A stretch of DNA of 64,000 nucleotides from Cytophagales bacterium (GTDB lineage: Bacteria; Bacteroidota; Bacteroidia; Cytophagales; JAAEPT01), in assembly GCA_965267335.1 (NCBI GenBank), contig OZ253953.1, positions 1,282,639 through 1,346,638 on the forward strand, written 5' to 3'. Position numbers and translations under genes: made by a program. The notes under the pieces were generated by a model. That model did no database searches, was not told the DNA's origin, and saw only the letters and a list, made by a program, of their open reading frames with translations. Shown piece by piece: positions 19,740 to 30,199 of the stretch (its first letter is position 1; every line of letters begins with the position of its first letter).

Positions 19740-19761
19740 TCTGTAATAATGCGGTGTCAAT

Positions 19762-21318
19762 CTATTTTGCGAAAGCAACAGATCTCATTTCACGGATCAC
19801 AGTCACTTTAATTTGTCCCGGATACTGCATTTCTGTTTCGATTTTATTCGAGATGTCGTATGATAATTTCCCGGCTTGCTCATCAGATACGGATTCTGCA
19901 TCAACCATAACACGTAACTCTCTACCGGCCTGTATGGCATAACATTTTTGAACACCATCAAAAGCAAGTGCGGTATTTTCCAGATCTTTCAATCGTTTAA
20001 TATAAGATTCCATTACCTCTCTTCGCGCTCCAGGTCGTGATCCGGAGATGGCATCGCAGGCCTGAACAATTGGAGACAACATAGAAGTCATTTCTATTTC
20101 ATCATGGTGTGCCCCGATCGCATTACATACCTCTGTATTTTCATTATATTTTTTTGCCAATTCCATACCAGCTATGGCATGAGGAACATCCAATTGGTCT
20201 TCAGTGACTTTTCCAATATCATGTAGTAGACCGGCTCTTTTGGCCAGTTTGGTGCTGATTCCAAGCTCGGCAGCCATAGTTGAAGCCAGTTTTGCAACTT
20301 CCCGAGAGTGTTGCAATAAATTCTGTCCATATGATGATCTGAATCTCATTCGGCCCACCATCTTAATTAACTCAGGGTGTAGTCCGTGAATACCCAGATC
20401 AATAACGGTTCGCTCACCAATTTCAACTATTTCTTCATTGATATCTTTTGCTGTTTTAGCAACAACCTCTTCAATCCTGGCTGGGTGAATTCTACCGTCT
20501 TTTACTAATCTGTGAAGAGATAGTCGCGCTATTTCCCTCCTAACAGGGTCGTAACCGGATATAATAATCGCTTCCGGTGTATCATCTACAATTATTTCAA
20601 CTCCTGTGGCAGCTTCAAGGGTACGGATGTTTCGTCCTTCTCGTCCGATTACTTTTCCTTTAATTTCATCGTTTTCTATATTGAAAATAGAAACGCAGTT
20701 TTCAATGGCATGCTCGGCTGCAGTTCTTTGAATAGTTTCGATAACAACTTTCTTAGCATTCTTAGTTGCTGTGAGTTTGGCTTCGTCTTCAATGTTCTTA
20801 ATTATTGATGAGGCTCGCGTTTGGGCTTCCTGCTTTACAACTTCCATCATCTGCTGCGTAGCTTCTTCAGCCGTTAGGTTTGCCACTTTCTCAAGTCGAG
20901 CGGCCTGCTCTGCTTTTAGTTTGTCAAGCTCTTCTTTCCTCTTATTTACAATGTCCAGTTGAGCCTGTACATTTTCTTTCATGCTATCGAGCTCCGCCTC
21001 TTTACGGTTATTTTCCGCGATCAGTTTACTTAGTTGCTGATCCTTGTTTTTGATTTTCTTCTCTTGCTCTTCAATATTTCTTTTTCTCTGACCAACATTC
21101 TCATCAAACTCCTCCTTCAGTTTGATGTATCGTTCTTTGGCTTCCATTATTTTTTCTTTCTTAATGGATTCCTGCTTAAGCTCGGCTTCTTTAATAATTA
21201 ATTGGGCTTTTTCTTTGGCATCGTTTTCAGATTTTTTGAAAACGCTTTGAAGTAGGATTCTTCCAATGATGATTCCTAAAACTAACCCGCCAACTCCTGC
21301 GATAACATAATATAACAT
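19762..21318 (-). CDS. rny: Ribonuclease Y
   Basis: 518 aa with an N-terminal TM helix, a long coiled coil, a KH region ([13 protein letters not shown]) and an HD domain (LLHDIGK). Confidence 0.95.
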   Translation of the reverse strand: MLYYVIAGVGGLVLGIIIGRILLQSVFKKSENDAKEKAQLIIKEAELKQESIKKEKIMEAKERYIKLKEEFDENVGQRKRNIEEQEKKIKNKDQQLSKLIAENNRKEAELDSMKENVQAQLDIVNKRKEELDKLKAEQAARLEKVANLTAEEATQQMMEVVKQEAQTRASSIIKNIEDEAKLTATKNAKKVVIETIQRTAAEHAIENCVSIFNIENDEIKGKVIGREGRNIRTLEAATGVEIIVDDTPEAIIISGYDPVRREIARLSLHRLVKDGRIHPARIEEVVAKTAKDINEEIVEIGERTVIDLGIHGLHPELIKMVGRMRFRSSYGQNLLQHSREVAKLASTMAAELGISTKLAKRAGLLHDIGKVTEDQLDVPHAIAGMELAKKYNENTEVCNAIGAHHDEIEMTSMLSPIVQACDAISGSRPGARREVMESYIKRLKDLENTALAFDGVQKCYAIQAGRELRVMVDAESVSDEQAGKLSYDISNKIETEMQYPGQIKVTVIREMRSVAFAK

Positions 21319-21385
21319 TAGGGTAAGTAATTAAAAGTTAATAATAAGTACTGTGACGTACCAGATCAAAGGAATGGGAAGAATA

Positions 21386-21679
21386 CTAAGATTCTTTAAT
21401 GTGAGTTGAAAGGATTGAGTCGATGTTTTTTAGCTTCTGGTCTAGTTCATTTTCAAAGTCGGAGGAACCTGATTCACTCCTCATCTTTGATACAACTGCA
21501 TCAAATGCGACCATTGCTAATAAATCTTGTTTGTCGTCAATACCAAATTGACTTCTATATGCTTTGAGCTTTTCATTAATCTTCCTTCCAGCAATCCGAA
21601 GCATCTCTTCTTCACTTGCATCAACACGCATCGGATATTCTCTGTCTCCGATTTTTATTTTTATGGAAAGCTCTGACAT
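21386..21679 (-). CDS. zapA: Cell division protein ZapA
   Basis: 97 aa. I.IGDREYPMRV..EEE..LR.A.K.INEK and the position directly upstream of rny are typical of Bacteroidota zapA. Confidence 0.75.
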   Translation of the reverse strand: MSELSIKIKIGDREYPMRVDASEEEMLRIAGRKINEKLKAYRSQFGIDDKQDLLAMVAFDAVVSKMRSESGSSDFENELDQKLKNIDSILSTHIKES

Positions 21680-21708
21680 TTAATACTTGAATTCCTTGTC
21701 ACTCCGCA

Positions 21709-22008
21709 CTATCCCTTTAGGTGAGCAATACACTTGTCTATTTCCTTAATATACTCGTTGATTTTTAGTTTCAACTCTGTATTCCGGCCTTGCTCACCAA
21801 CCGTCACGCTTGTTACAATCTTACTAATTTTATCTTGATTTTGAAAGTTTTTCAAATCACGTTTTTGCTCTTCAATAATCAAATGAAGCTGCTTGTTCTC
21901 TGCCTCCAATTCCTGTATTTCAGCCACTTTCTGAGCATAATTCTGAAGGAGAATTTTCAGCTTCTCTTCAATGGTCTCGAGTGATTGTATAGTTTTAGAA
22001 TTGTTCAA
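21709..22008 (-). CDS. Small coiled-coil protein of unknown function, in an operon with pheT and zapA
   Basis: 99 aa with heptad-rich sequence (LETIEEKLKILLQNYAQKVAEIQELEAENKQLHLIIEEQ). The start codon abuts the pheT stop (22008/22009). Confidence 0.6.
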   Translation of the reverse strand: MNNSKTIQSLETIEEKLKILLQNYAQKVAEIQELEAENKQLHLIIEEQKRDLKNFQNQDKISKIVTSVTVGEQGRNTELKLKINEYIKEIDKCIAHLKG

Positions 22009-24420
22009 TTATTTACGAATGAGCGCATTAAGTTCTTTTTCAAATGCATGAATAAGCTTATTCATTGTTTTGTCAATGACTTTATCTGTTAGAGTCTTAT
22101 ACTCGTCCTGTAGCGTAAAGTTTACGCTATAGGATTTTTTTCCCTGTCCCAGATTCTCTCCCTCATAGACATCAAACACATTGATGTCCTTAATGAGGTT
22201 ATTACTGTACTTTCGGGCAACTTCCTGTACCTGGGCAAAAGATGTTTTTTTGTCCAGTACTAATGATAAATCTCTTCGTACCTCTGGGAATTTACTTATC
22301 GATTTATATTCTATTTCGGTATTATAGGCAGCGTGTAATGCTGTGATGTCGATTAAGGCCGCAAGCACAGGCTGGCTTACTTCACAGGATTTACAGATTT
22401 TTTTATTTACGTTTCCGAAGTTGGAAACCACCTTTTTATTAAGAGCAATCTGGTAACCTTCCGAAAATATGTCACTCTTTATTTTCTCGAGTTTGGTGTT
22501 TCCAATATTGAGTTTCGAGAAGATGCCAGACAAATGTTCCGACAGATCATGTAGATTAACAGCTCTATCATGGCTCTTCCAGCTCTCATCACTTTTGTTT
22601 CCGCTCAGGAACAGTGCGAGATACTCTTTTTCCGAATACTTACCATTGATTGAGTGGTAGGTTTTGCCAATCTCAAAGAACTTAAGGTTCTTCTGTCTCC
22701 TATTAATGTTGTGTGCAACAACCTCCAGGCCCGAAAACAGGAGCGTTTGACGCATTACACCAAGGTCCTCACTTAGCTTATTTAGTATTTCTACGTTCTG
22801 TGATTCATCAATGTCTCCTACCTGTTCACTATATGAAGCTTTGGTTAGTGAATTAGTAATAATTTCATTGTAGCCAAAAGAGATCAATACCTCGGAGATC
22901 AACTTTTGGGTCTTTTCTTTATCCTTGACTTCTGAAGGTGCAATAAAACCACTTGACAATTGATGACTGATGTCAATGTTTTCGTAACCGTAAAGCCTTA
23001 AGATTTCTTCAACAATATCTGCCTCCCTTTGTACATCCACTCTATAAGGGGGAACTATTAGCTCAAGTCCCTCTTCGGTTTCCTTTTTTATTTCAATTTC
23101 CAGATTCCTCAGGAGCTCTTTGATCGTGTCTTTGTCAATTTCTATCCCAATGAGCCGATGGATGTTTTTGTATTTTACAGATACCTCGAATCCTTTGATC
23201 GGGCTCTTATATAGGTCCTGGATGTCACTGGCTACTTTTCCTCCACAGATTTCGCAGATGAGTGCTGTAGCCCTAATAAGGGCATCTACTGTAGCATTTG
23301 GGTCCACACCTCTTTCAAACCTGAAGGAAGCATCGGTTTTTAATCCATGATTTTGAGCTGTTTTTCGGATATAGTCTGGTGAGAAATAGGCACTTTCAAG
23401 AAATATGTTTTTTGTAGAATCTTTGACTCCACTATCAATGCCTCCGAAAACGCCAGCTATACACATTGGCTCATTGCTATCACAAATCATCAGGTCTGTA
23501 GCTAACAACTTTCTTTCAACCTCATCAAGTGTGGTAAATTTTGTTCCTTCCTTTAAGGTTTTGATGGAGACTTTCCCCCCTCTTATCTTATCATAGTCGA
23601 ATGCGTGTAGGGGTTGTCCGTATTCGTGTAGTACAAAATTTGTAATATCCACAACATTGTTAATCGGTGCTAATCCAATTGATTTTAAACGATTTTGAAG
23701 CCATTGAGGAGATGGTTCAACTTTGATGTCAGCAATCGTAATACCAGCGTATCTTGGGCAGCCTTCATCGTTCTCAATGGAAATACTGATCGGTAGGTCC
23801 GCGGTTTTCTTCGGAAGAGCTGATTCTGGTTTATTCAATTCCTCATTGAGTAATACCTTTAATTCGCGTGCAACACCAATATGTGAAGTGGCATCAGCTC
23901 GATTGGGGGTAAGGCCAATTTCGAAAATATTGTCATTTTGAATATTAAATACTTCTGCTGCAGGAGTACCATTGGGTACATTTGTGTTCAGGACGATAAT
24001 ACCATCATGGCTTTCTCCAAGTCCAATTTCATCTTCTGCACAGATCATTCCTTCCGAAACTTCTCCTCTGATTTTGGCTTTTTTAATTTTGAAAGGTTCG
24101 TGACCGGCAGGATAAAGTGTTGAGCCTACAGTTGCAACCACAACCTTTTGACCTGAGGCAACATTCGGGGCTCCACAAACGATTGGTCGGGCGGCTCCGT
24201 TGCCAATATCTACTGTGGTAACCTTTAACTTGTCAGCATCAGGGTGTTTTTCGCAAGTTTTAACTTCTCCAACAACAAGGCCTTCAAGTCCTCCTGGTAC
24301 AGTTTCAAATTTTTCTATACCTTCTACTTCCAGTCCTGATTGTGTAAGAATGTCGCTTACCGTTTCTACATCCTTATTGATATTAATGTACTGCTTTAAC
24401 CAGTCAAATGATATTTTCAT
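22009..24420 (-). CDS. pheT: Phenylalanine--tRNA ligase beta subunit
   Basis: 803 aa. It has the MKISFDWLKQYI N-terminus, a tRNA-binding OB domain, B3/4 and B5 regions and a C-terminal FDX-ACB-like end. Confidence 0.95.
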   Translation of the reverse strand: MKISFDWLKQYININKDVETVSDILTQSGLEVEGIEKFETVPGGLEGLVVGEVKTCEKHPDADKLKVTTVDIGNGAARPIVCGAPNVASGQKVVVATVGSTLYPAGHEPFKIKKAKIRGEVSEGMICAEDEIGLGESHDGIIVLNTNVPNGTPAAEVFNIQNDNIFEIGLTPNRADATSHIGVARELKVLLNEELNKPESALPKKTADLPISISIENDEGCPRYAGITIADIKVEPSPQWLQNRLKSIGLAPINNVVDITNFVLHEYGQPLHAFDYDKIRGGKVSIKTLKEGTKFTTLDEVERKLLATDLMICDSNEPMCIAGVFGGIDSGVKDSTKNIFLESAYFSPDYIRKTAQNHGLKTDASFRFERGVDPNATVDALIRATALICEICGGKVASDIQDLYKSPIKGFEVSVKYKNIHRLIGIEIDKDTIKELLRNLEIEIKKETEEGLELIVPPYRVDVQREADIVEEILRLYGYENIDISHQLSSGFIAPSEVKDKEKTQKLISEVLISFGYNEIITNSLTKASYSEQVGDIDESQNVEILNKLSEDLGVMRQTLLFSGLEVVAHNINRRQKNLKFFEIGKTYHSINGKYSEKEYLALFLSGNKSDESWKSHDRAVNLHDLSEHLSGIFSKLNIGNTKLEKIKSDIFSEGYQIALNKKVVSNFGNVNKKICKSCEVSQPVLAALIDITALHAAYNTEIEYKSISKFPEVRRDLSLVLDKKTSFAQVQEVARKYSNNLIKDINVFDVYEGENLGQGKKSYSVNFTLQDEYKTLTDKVIDKTMNKLIHAFEKELNALIRK

Positions 24421-24468
24421 CCCATCTCAAATTAGCCTATAAAATTAAGGAATAGATGGCTGCGATGC

Positions 24469-25068
24469 TTAGTTTTTTGAATAAGTCTTTTCTCCGGCTT
24501 TTATGGGAAAGTCAAGATGGTTTTCCTGTGGTGGCACAGGACAAATGTAGTGGTGGTTATAGGCACACTTCGGATTGAATGCGAGATTGAAATCCAGAAC
24601 CAGGTCTTCACCATCAACAAAGTGTACAGGTAAGTATCGGCCTGCCCCATAAGTTTCCTTACCACTGGTTGCATCAGAAAAAGGAAGGAAAAAATGTCCC
24701 TGCTCAGTACTTCTCAATAAGGTCAGTTCTAATTCTTTTTTATCAATTTCAAATTTTAGCTTTGCGTGCTTAATGAATTTTTGATGTTCTTCTCCGCTTG
24801 TTCGAATGTGAATGATGTCGGTCTTTTCTAATGGAACCACCTTAGCTGAAACCAGATACTTCCTGTCAATAGGAAAAAACGAAATGCCCGTTGTATCTCC
24901 ATCGGGTATCAATGAGGTGTCTGCCGCGAGATAATTTTTATAATCGCTACGTTCTTTTTTCATTTGTTGGTAGTAATCAAGTTTACTACCTGAATTGACC
25001 ATGGTATAAATAATTACTGCCGTGGTGGCCAGTACCCCAAAAAAGAAAATTAGTCCTTTACCTTTCAT
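24469..25068 (-). CDS. DUF1684 domain protein
   Basis: 199 aa with an N-terminal TM/signal. The C-terminal motif FNLAFNPKCAYNHHYICPVPPQENHLDFPIKAGE is characteristic of DUF1684. Confidence 0.75.
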   Translation of the reverse strand: MKGKGLIFFFGVLATTAVIIYTMVNSGSKLDYYQQMKKERSDYKNYLAADTSLIPDGDTTGISFFPIDRKYLVSAKVVPLEKTDIIHIRTSGEEHQKFIKHAKLKFEIDKKELELTLLRSTEQGHFFLPFSDATSGKETYGAGRYLPVHFVDGEDLVLDFNLAFNPKCAYNHHYICPVPPQENHLDFPIKAGEKTYSKN

Positions 25069-25772
25069 AATAATCCTTGATCTGCAAAGCTAAAATATCC
25101 CTGATCACTTACAATAACATGGTCCAACACGGGTATTTCAAGTAATTTTCCGGCATTGGATATCTTTTCGGTCAGTTTAATGTCGGCCTGGCTCGCGCTC
25201 AGATTCCCTGAAGGGTGATTATGAACCAGTATGATACTAGACGCCAGGTGCTCCAATGCACTCTTAAATACTAGTTTCGGATCTACCAGTGTACCCGAAA
25301 CACCACCCTGACTGATTTGATTTTTTTTGATTACCACGTTGGCCCGATTCAGTAATAATATCCAAAACTCTTCATGTCTTAGGTCCATCAGAAGTGGCTT
25401 AATAAGCTTATAAACATCTTCAGAAGAAGTTATTTTTTCTCGCCTTGGAGTAGAACTATCTTTTCTTCTCCTGCCTAGCTCCAGGGCACTAATAATATTA
25501 ATTGCTTTGGCTTCCCCGATTCCTTTGAATTTCATCAAATCTTTTACGCCCAGTTTCGCTATTTCATTGAGGTCATTACCAACACTTGATAAAATAACCT
25601 TAGAAAGGTCAATGGCATTCATTTCTGCAGTGCCTGAACCAATCAGTATAGCAATCAGTTCAGCTTCAGTTAGTGCGGTGATCCCTTTGTTTAATAGCTT
25701 TTCTCTTGGCCTGTCTTCAAGTGCCAGTTCCGCTATTGACAATTCCTTCCGAGATAATTTTTCGATAGCCAT
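25065..25772 (-). CDS. radC: RadC-family JAB-domain protein
   Basis: 235 aa with an HhH-like N-terminal half and the JAMM motif HNHPSG..S..D. Confidence 0.9.
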   Translation of the reverse strand: MAIEKLSRKELSIAELALEDRPREKLLNKGITALTEAELIAILIGSGTAEMNAIDLSKVILSSVGNDLNEIAKLGVKDLMKFKGIGEAKAINIISALELGRRRKDSSTPRREKITSSEDVYKLIKPLLMDLRHEEFWILLLNRANVVIKKNQISQGGVSGTLVDPKLVFKSALEHLASSIILVHNHPSGNLSASQADIKLTEKISNAGKLLEIPVLDHVIVSDQGYFSFADQGLL

Positions 25773-25777
25773 ACACT

Positions 25778-25817
25778 AAAAATAAAAAATCCCGCAGATT
25801 CATTGAACCTGCGGGAC
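25778..25817 (-). terminator. Rho-independent terminator of rpsT
   Basis: tcccgcag / ctgcggga stem. On the minus strand it is followed by ttttttatttt. Confidence 0.75.
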
Positions 25818-25840
25818 TTAAATTCTTTTGCTAATAAGGC

Positions 25841-26092
25841 TTAAAGACTATTAACGTACTTGGTTAATTTAGCTTTTTGATTTGATGCCTTATTTTTGTG
25901 GATAATATTCTTTTTTGCAAGCTTATCCAGCATGCCGGTTACCTTTTTCAGAAGCTCTTCCGCTTCCTTTTTATCAGTGGTAGCTCTCAACCTTTTTACA
26001 AATGTTCTTGTGGTTGTATGCTGATATCTATTGCGAAGTCTTCTGCTTTCGCTAGATCTTATTCTTTTTAATGCTGACTTATGATTTGCCAT
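25841..26092 (-). CDS. rpsT: 30S ribosomal protein S20
   Basis: 83 aa, MANHKSALKRIR....RR..N. Confidence 0.95.
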   Translation of the reverse strand: MANHKSALKRIRSSESRRLRNRYQHTTTRTFVKRLRATTDKKEAEELLKKVTGMLDKLAKKNIIHKNKASNQKAKLTKYVNSL

Positions 26093-26304
26093 TGAACTTT
26101 ATCCTTAATCAAAAACGGACTGCAAATGTAAGACTATTTTTGTCTATTGGCAAAGACAGACAAAATATTTTTGCGAATACACAATAAAATACCAATTAAA
26201 GCGCTTTGAATGCTGTATAATGTCAATAGAATCGACAAAAATTACTATATTTAAACAATGCATTGAGCAATGCAGGTTTATGATTAATACAATTGTTGTG
26301 TGTT

Positions 26305-27573
26305 ATGGCCTTCCTTGAACATAAATACGGCTATGTGAAGGATGGAAAGGTTTTTCTTAAGGCTTATAGGGAATTTGAAGACCGCGAGATAGGTGAAGTC
26401 AGAGAATCAGATGAAAAATCTCTCCAGTATTTCCTGGATAAATTCGAACTAGCTGAAAACAAAGTAAAAGAGTTAATTCGTTCTGTAAAGAGTGCAACTA
26501 ATAAAGGTTCGTACCTGATGAAGTTGTTGCACCTGAAAGAGTATTTAACTCAATATAAAGCAATCGGAGACTTTAATGCTCTAATGAGTGAGTTGGAGGA
26601 GGTTGAAGAAGACCTGAATAAGGTTATTTCCGGAAACCGTGAGAAAAACCTCAGTCAGAAGAAAGAGATAGTAGAAAAAGCGGAGTCCATGAAGGATAGC
26701 ATGGATTGGAAGGTAACTACTGAGAAGTTCAAAGAGCTGCAGCGTAGGTGGGTAAAAATAGGGCGCGCAAAGGATGATGAAGAGAATGAAGTAGCCGCGC
26801 GATTTAAAGAGATTGTAGATTATTTTTTTAATAGAAGAAACCAGTATTATGAAACAAAAAAGCTGGTATTCGAAGATCGGTTGAATCAATACAGGGAGAT
26901 AATTAATAAAGCTTCTGATCTCTCTAAAAGCTCTGATTTAGAGAAAGCATCCAAATCCTTTAATCAATTACATGATGATTGGAAAAAGGTAGGAAACGTT
27001 CAAAGAGATAAGCTAATAGAACTATGGAAAGAGTTTAAGGCATATTCTGATGAATTCTACAAACGCTATAATAGCTTGAAGAAGCAGCCCGTTCCACGCA
27101 ATGACATTAAGGCCAATTTGGCACAGAAGGAGGCATTGTTAAAGGAGGCCCAATCACTCTTATCAATGGATTTGGACAATGCGATTGAAAAGGCCAAGTT
27201 TTTACAAAAGGAGTTTAAATCAGTTGGCCCAACGCCTCAGGAAGAGGCAAGAGATATCTCTGAGCAGTTCTGGTTGACATGTGATTATATTTTTGAAACT
27301 AATTATCTGTTTCGGGTGTTAAACAAGAAATACCCCAATTTCACCGAAAAAGAGGATGTTGAGCAACATAAGCTCAAGAAAGATACTTTGAAAGAGCTCA
27401 TCCGCAGAGACCAGGATGAATTACAACTTTTTGAAGAAAATGCTGAAAAATTCTCTGGTAACGGTCGGAATAGGCTGAACAACGTGATTGATTCAAGGTT
27501 TAGGAATCAAAAAAGAAAGTTGACCGCGAAGAAAATGATTCTTGAACGGGTAGAGATGGAACGTAGTAATTGA
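26305..27573 (+). CDS. DUF349 repeat protein
   Basis: It has repeated W..IG......E...RF......F..R motifs (RWVKIGRAKDDEENEVAARFKEIVDYFF, DWKKVGNVQRDKLIELWKEFKAYSDEFY, EFKSVGPTPQEEARDISEQFW). I prefer the ATG at 26305 to the TTG at 26293. Confidence 0.8.
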   Translation: MAFLEHKYGYVKDGKVFLKAYREFEDREIGEVRESDEKSLQYFLDKFELAENKVKELIRSVKSATNKGSYLMKLLHLKEYLTQYKAIGDFNALMSELEEVEEDLNKVISGNREKNLSQKKEIVEKAESMKDSMDWKVTTEKFKELQRRWVKIGRAKDDEENEVAARFKEIVDYFFNRRNQYYETKKLVFEDRLNQYREIINKASDLSKSSDLEKASKSFNQLHDDWKKVGNVQRDKLIELWKEFKAYSDEFYKRYNSLKKQPVPRNDIKANLAQKEALLKEAQSLLSMDLDNAIEKAKFLQKEFKSVGPTPQEEARDISEQFWLTCDYIFETNYLFRVLNKKYPNFTEKEDVEQHKLKKDTLKELIRRDQDELQLFEENAEKFSGNGRNRLNNVIDSRFRNQKRKLTAKKMILERVEMERSN

Positions 27574-27700
27574 TTGCTTTAAGAGGGTTTTCCCAAGAAA
27601 AAAATGTTGTGGGAAAATAAAACTTAAAGAGATTGATAAACGTAAAGGAAACTAAGCAATTTATTTTATATTCGCGGCATAATTTAAAACTCGAAAAGAT

Positions 27701-27922
27701 ATGTATTGGACACTAGAACTAGCTTCATATCTGGAAGATGCCCCTTGGCCTGCTACTAAGGATGAGTTAATTGACTTTGCAATTAGATCTGGAGCGCCAA
27801 GTGAAGTTGTAGAAAATTTACAGCAGATCGAAGATGATGGGCACCCATTTGAAACAATAGAAGAAATTTGGCCGGACTATCCTACCAAAGAAGACTTTAT
27901 GTTTAATGAAGACGAATATTGA
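27701..27922 (+). CDS. DUF2795 domain protein
   Basis: 73 aa. L....WPATKDELIDFA...GAP.EV...L is typical of DUF2795. Confidence 0.7.
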   Translation: MYWTLELASYLEDAPWPATKDELIDFAIRSGAPSEVVENLQQIEDDGHPFETIEEIWPDYPTKEDFMFNEDEY

Positions 27923-27966
27923 CCTCGTTTACCTAACTAGTTAAAATAAAAAGAATTACCATTGTT

Positions 27967-27997
27967 AACCCTGGCCTGTGGTCAGGGTTATTTTTTG
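27967..27997 (+). terminator. Terminator hairpin between convergent genes (DUF2795 protein / ispD)
   Basis: aaccctggcc tgt ggtcagggtt stem followed by aTTTTTTg. The hairpin overlaps the ispD stop codon. Confidence 0.65.
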
Positions 27998-28662
27998 CTG
28001 TTAACTATAGCTTCTGCGAGCAGTAAATCCTGTGGTGTTGTGATTTTAATGTTTTGTTCGTCTCCATCAATAAGGTGCACAACATTTCCAAGTGACTCAT
28101 ATACCGTAGCATCATCAGTAAAATTCTCCCTGTAGTCCTGGTTAAAACAATGCTTGAGTCTGCTAGTCATAAATGTCTGCGGTGTTTGTACGGTTACGTA
28201 ATTACTTCTGAATACCGACTTATTTATTCCACTCCCTACCATTCGTAATGAGTTTTTGACTGGAACAGTGGCTACTGCTGAACCCCGTTTTTCTGCGATG
28301 ATAAAGGAATTGAGTATAATTGACTCAGTAATAAAAGGTCTTACTCCATCGTGAATGGCAACAAGAGATTCGTTATCTTCAATGGCATTTAGGCCATTTT
28401 TTACAGAATCGAAACGGGTGCTTCCACCAGCAATCAGTTGGTGCGGGACAGTAAAAGAAATATCCGCTATTAGCTTTTGCCAATATTCATGATCTGTTTG
28501 TGGTAGTACTACAATCAGTTCAATGTCAGGGTCAGCCTGATGAAAAGTCTGCAATGTTTTCATCAATATAGGAGTACCACCAATTTTTAAGAACTGCTTT
28601 GGGATATCTGCATTCATACGGGTTCCCTTCCCACCAGCCACAATGATCGCGTATTTCTTCAT
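27988..28662 (-). CDS. ispD: 2-C-methyl-D-erythritol 4-phosphate cytidylyltransferase
   Basis: It has the AIIVAGGKGTRM....PKQFL..GG.P.L N-terminal signature. I prefer the ATG at 28662 (MKKYAIIV) to the TTG at 28674. Confidence 0.9.
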   Translation of the reverse strand: MKKYAIIVAGGKGTRMNADIPKQFLKIGGTPILMKTLQTFHQADPDIELIVVLPQTDHEYWQKLIADISFTVPHQLIAGGSTRFDSVKNGLNAIEDNESLVAIHDGVRPFITESIILNSFIIAEKRGSAVATVPVKNSLRMVGSGINKSVFRSNYVTVQTPQTFMTSRLKHCFNQDYRENFTDDATVYESLGNVVHLIDGDEQNIKITTPQDLLLAEAIVNSKK

Positions 28663-28753
28663 TTCAAGTAACAATAAAGCCTCCGAGGAGAGTACCTCAG
28701 AGGCTTTAAAATAAATAATAAAATCTGAATTATCCTTCTAAACAGGTACTGTT

Positions 28754-29800
28754 TTAGATAATTAACATAGCGTCACCATAGCTGAAGAACTTATACTTTT
28801 CTTTTACAGCTTCTTCGTAGGCTTGCATAATAAGGTCATAGCCACCAAAAGCACACGTCAGCATCAATAGGGTTGACTCTGGCATATGGAAGTTGGTAAT
28901 CAATGAATTGGCTATTTTAAATTCGTATGGAGGGAAGATAAATTTATCTGTCCATCCCTCGTACTCTTTTAACCTTCCGTTGGCCGATACTGAAGACTCA
29001 ATTGAACGCATCGAAGTTGTTCCTACGGAAACAATTCTTTTCTTCTCGTCAAGAGCTGTATTCACTTTGTCTGCGGTATCAGCACCGATAATGAAGTTTT
29101 CCGAGTCCATTTTGTGCTTTGTAAGATCTTCTACGTCTACCGGGCGGAAAGTTCCTAAACCAACGTGTAATGTGATAGGAGCGATTTCAACGCCTTTGAT
29201 CTCAAGTCGTTTCAGTACTTGTGGTGTAAAGTGAAGACCAGCAGTAGGAGCAGCGACTGCACCAACGTGCTCAGCGTAGATTGTTTGATACCTGTCCTTG
29301 TCTGAAGGTTCAGCATCACGCTTGATGTATTTCGGAAGAGGTGTCTCTCCAAGAGAATCAATTGTATTATAGAACTCTTCGTCTTCTCCGTCAAAAAGGA
29401 ATCGGATTGTACGTCCTCTGGAAGTAGTGTTATCAATCACTTCAGCTACCAGGTCACCGTTTCCAAAGTAAAGCTTGTTGCCTACTCTTATTTTTCTCGC
29501 GGGATCAACAAGTACGTCCCATAAGTGAGCTTCTTTGTTGAGTTCTCTAAGAAGAAAAACTTCGATTTTGGCACCGGTCTTTTCTTTGTTGCCATAAAGA
29601 CGTGCAGGAAAAACCTTTGTGTTGTTAATTACGAAAACATCTCCGTCATCGAAATAGTCAACAACGTCTTTGAATATTTTGTGCTCAATGGTGCCAGCTT
29701 CTCTGTTTACAACCATCAGGCGTGATTCATCTCTGTTTTCTGCAGGGTAAAGTGCCAGACGATCTGCCGGCAAGTCAAATTTAAATTCTGATAATTTCAT
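28754..29800 (-). CDS. queA: S-adenosylmethionine:tRNA ribosyltransferase-isomerase
   Basis: 348 aa. [28 protein letters not shown] and the C-terminal FFSYGDAM are typical of QueA. Confidence 0.95.
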   Translation of the reverse strand: MKLSEFKFDLPADRLALYPAENRDESRLMVVNREAGTIEHKIFKDVVDYFDDGDVFVINNTKVFPARLYGNKEKTGAKIEVFLLRELNKEAHLWDVLVDPARKIRVGNKLYFGNGDLVAEVIDNTTSRGRTIRFLFDGEDEEFYNTIDSLGETPLPKYIKRDAEPSDKDRYQTIYAEHVGAVAAPTAGLHFTPQVLKRLEIKGVEIAPITLHVGLGTFRPVDVEDLTKHKMDSENFIIGADTADKVNTALDEKKRIVSVGTTSMRSIESSVSANGRLKEYEGWTDKFIFPPYEFKIANSLITNFHMPESTLLMLTCAFGGYDLIMQAYEEAVKEKYKFFSYGDAMLII

Positions 29801-29866
29801 ATATATCTAATATTACGGTATTAAATACTCGGTAAATAAAATGGAGTGCAAAGGTAGTTAAATAGG

Positions 29867-30199
29867 TTATTCAATAACCCAATTTCCAGATAAATCTTTT
29901 AATAAATCCATTCTACCGCTAATGACTGTAATTACAGTAACATATTCGGGGGAGGATGTAGGGTTATAAATGATGCGATAACCTTTATAAATGACTTCTT
30001 TTAAAAAACTCAGAGGAGTATCCTGAAGTTCGGGGACAGTACGACCACTTAATGGGTGTTGACTCAGGTGTTTCTCGGTTTCAAGGATGAGTGATCTAAT
30101 AAATCTACTTGCATAGTAAGTAGAGTCTTCAGCTATGTACTTTCGGGTCACTTTTAGATTATGAACAGCTTTGTTTGCCCACTTTATCTCTGTTCGCAC
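29867..30199 (-). CDS. RelE/ParE-family toxin
   Basis: 110 aa. It has the ..W...A...L......YI......A..F motif and C-terminal YRIIYNP....YVTVITVISGRMD, typical of ParE/RelE plasmid-stabilisation toxins. It overlaps the upstream small gene by 16 nt. Confidence 0.75.
   Translation of the reverse strand: MRTEIKWANKAVHNLKVTRKYIAEDSTYYASRFIRSLILETEKHLSQHPLSGRTVPELQDTPLSFLKEVIYKGYRIIYNPTSSPEYVTVITVISGRMDLLKDLSGNWVIE

Noticed and set aside
28676-28707. A hairpin aaagcctccgagg / cctcagaggcttt between queA and ispD, considered as a terminator.
   Set aside because: It has a good stem (one mismatch) but no U-tract on either strand. It may be a processing or attenuation element, but a terminator call is not supported.
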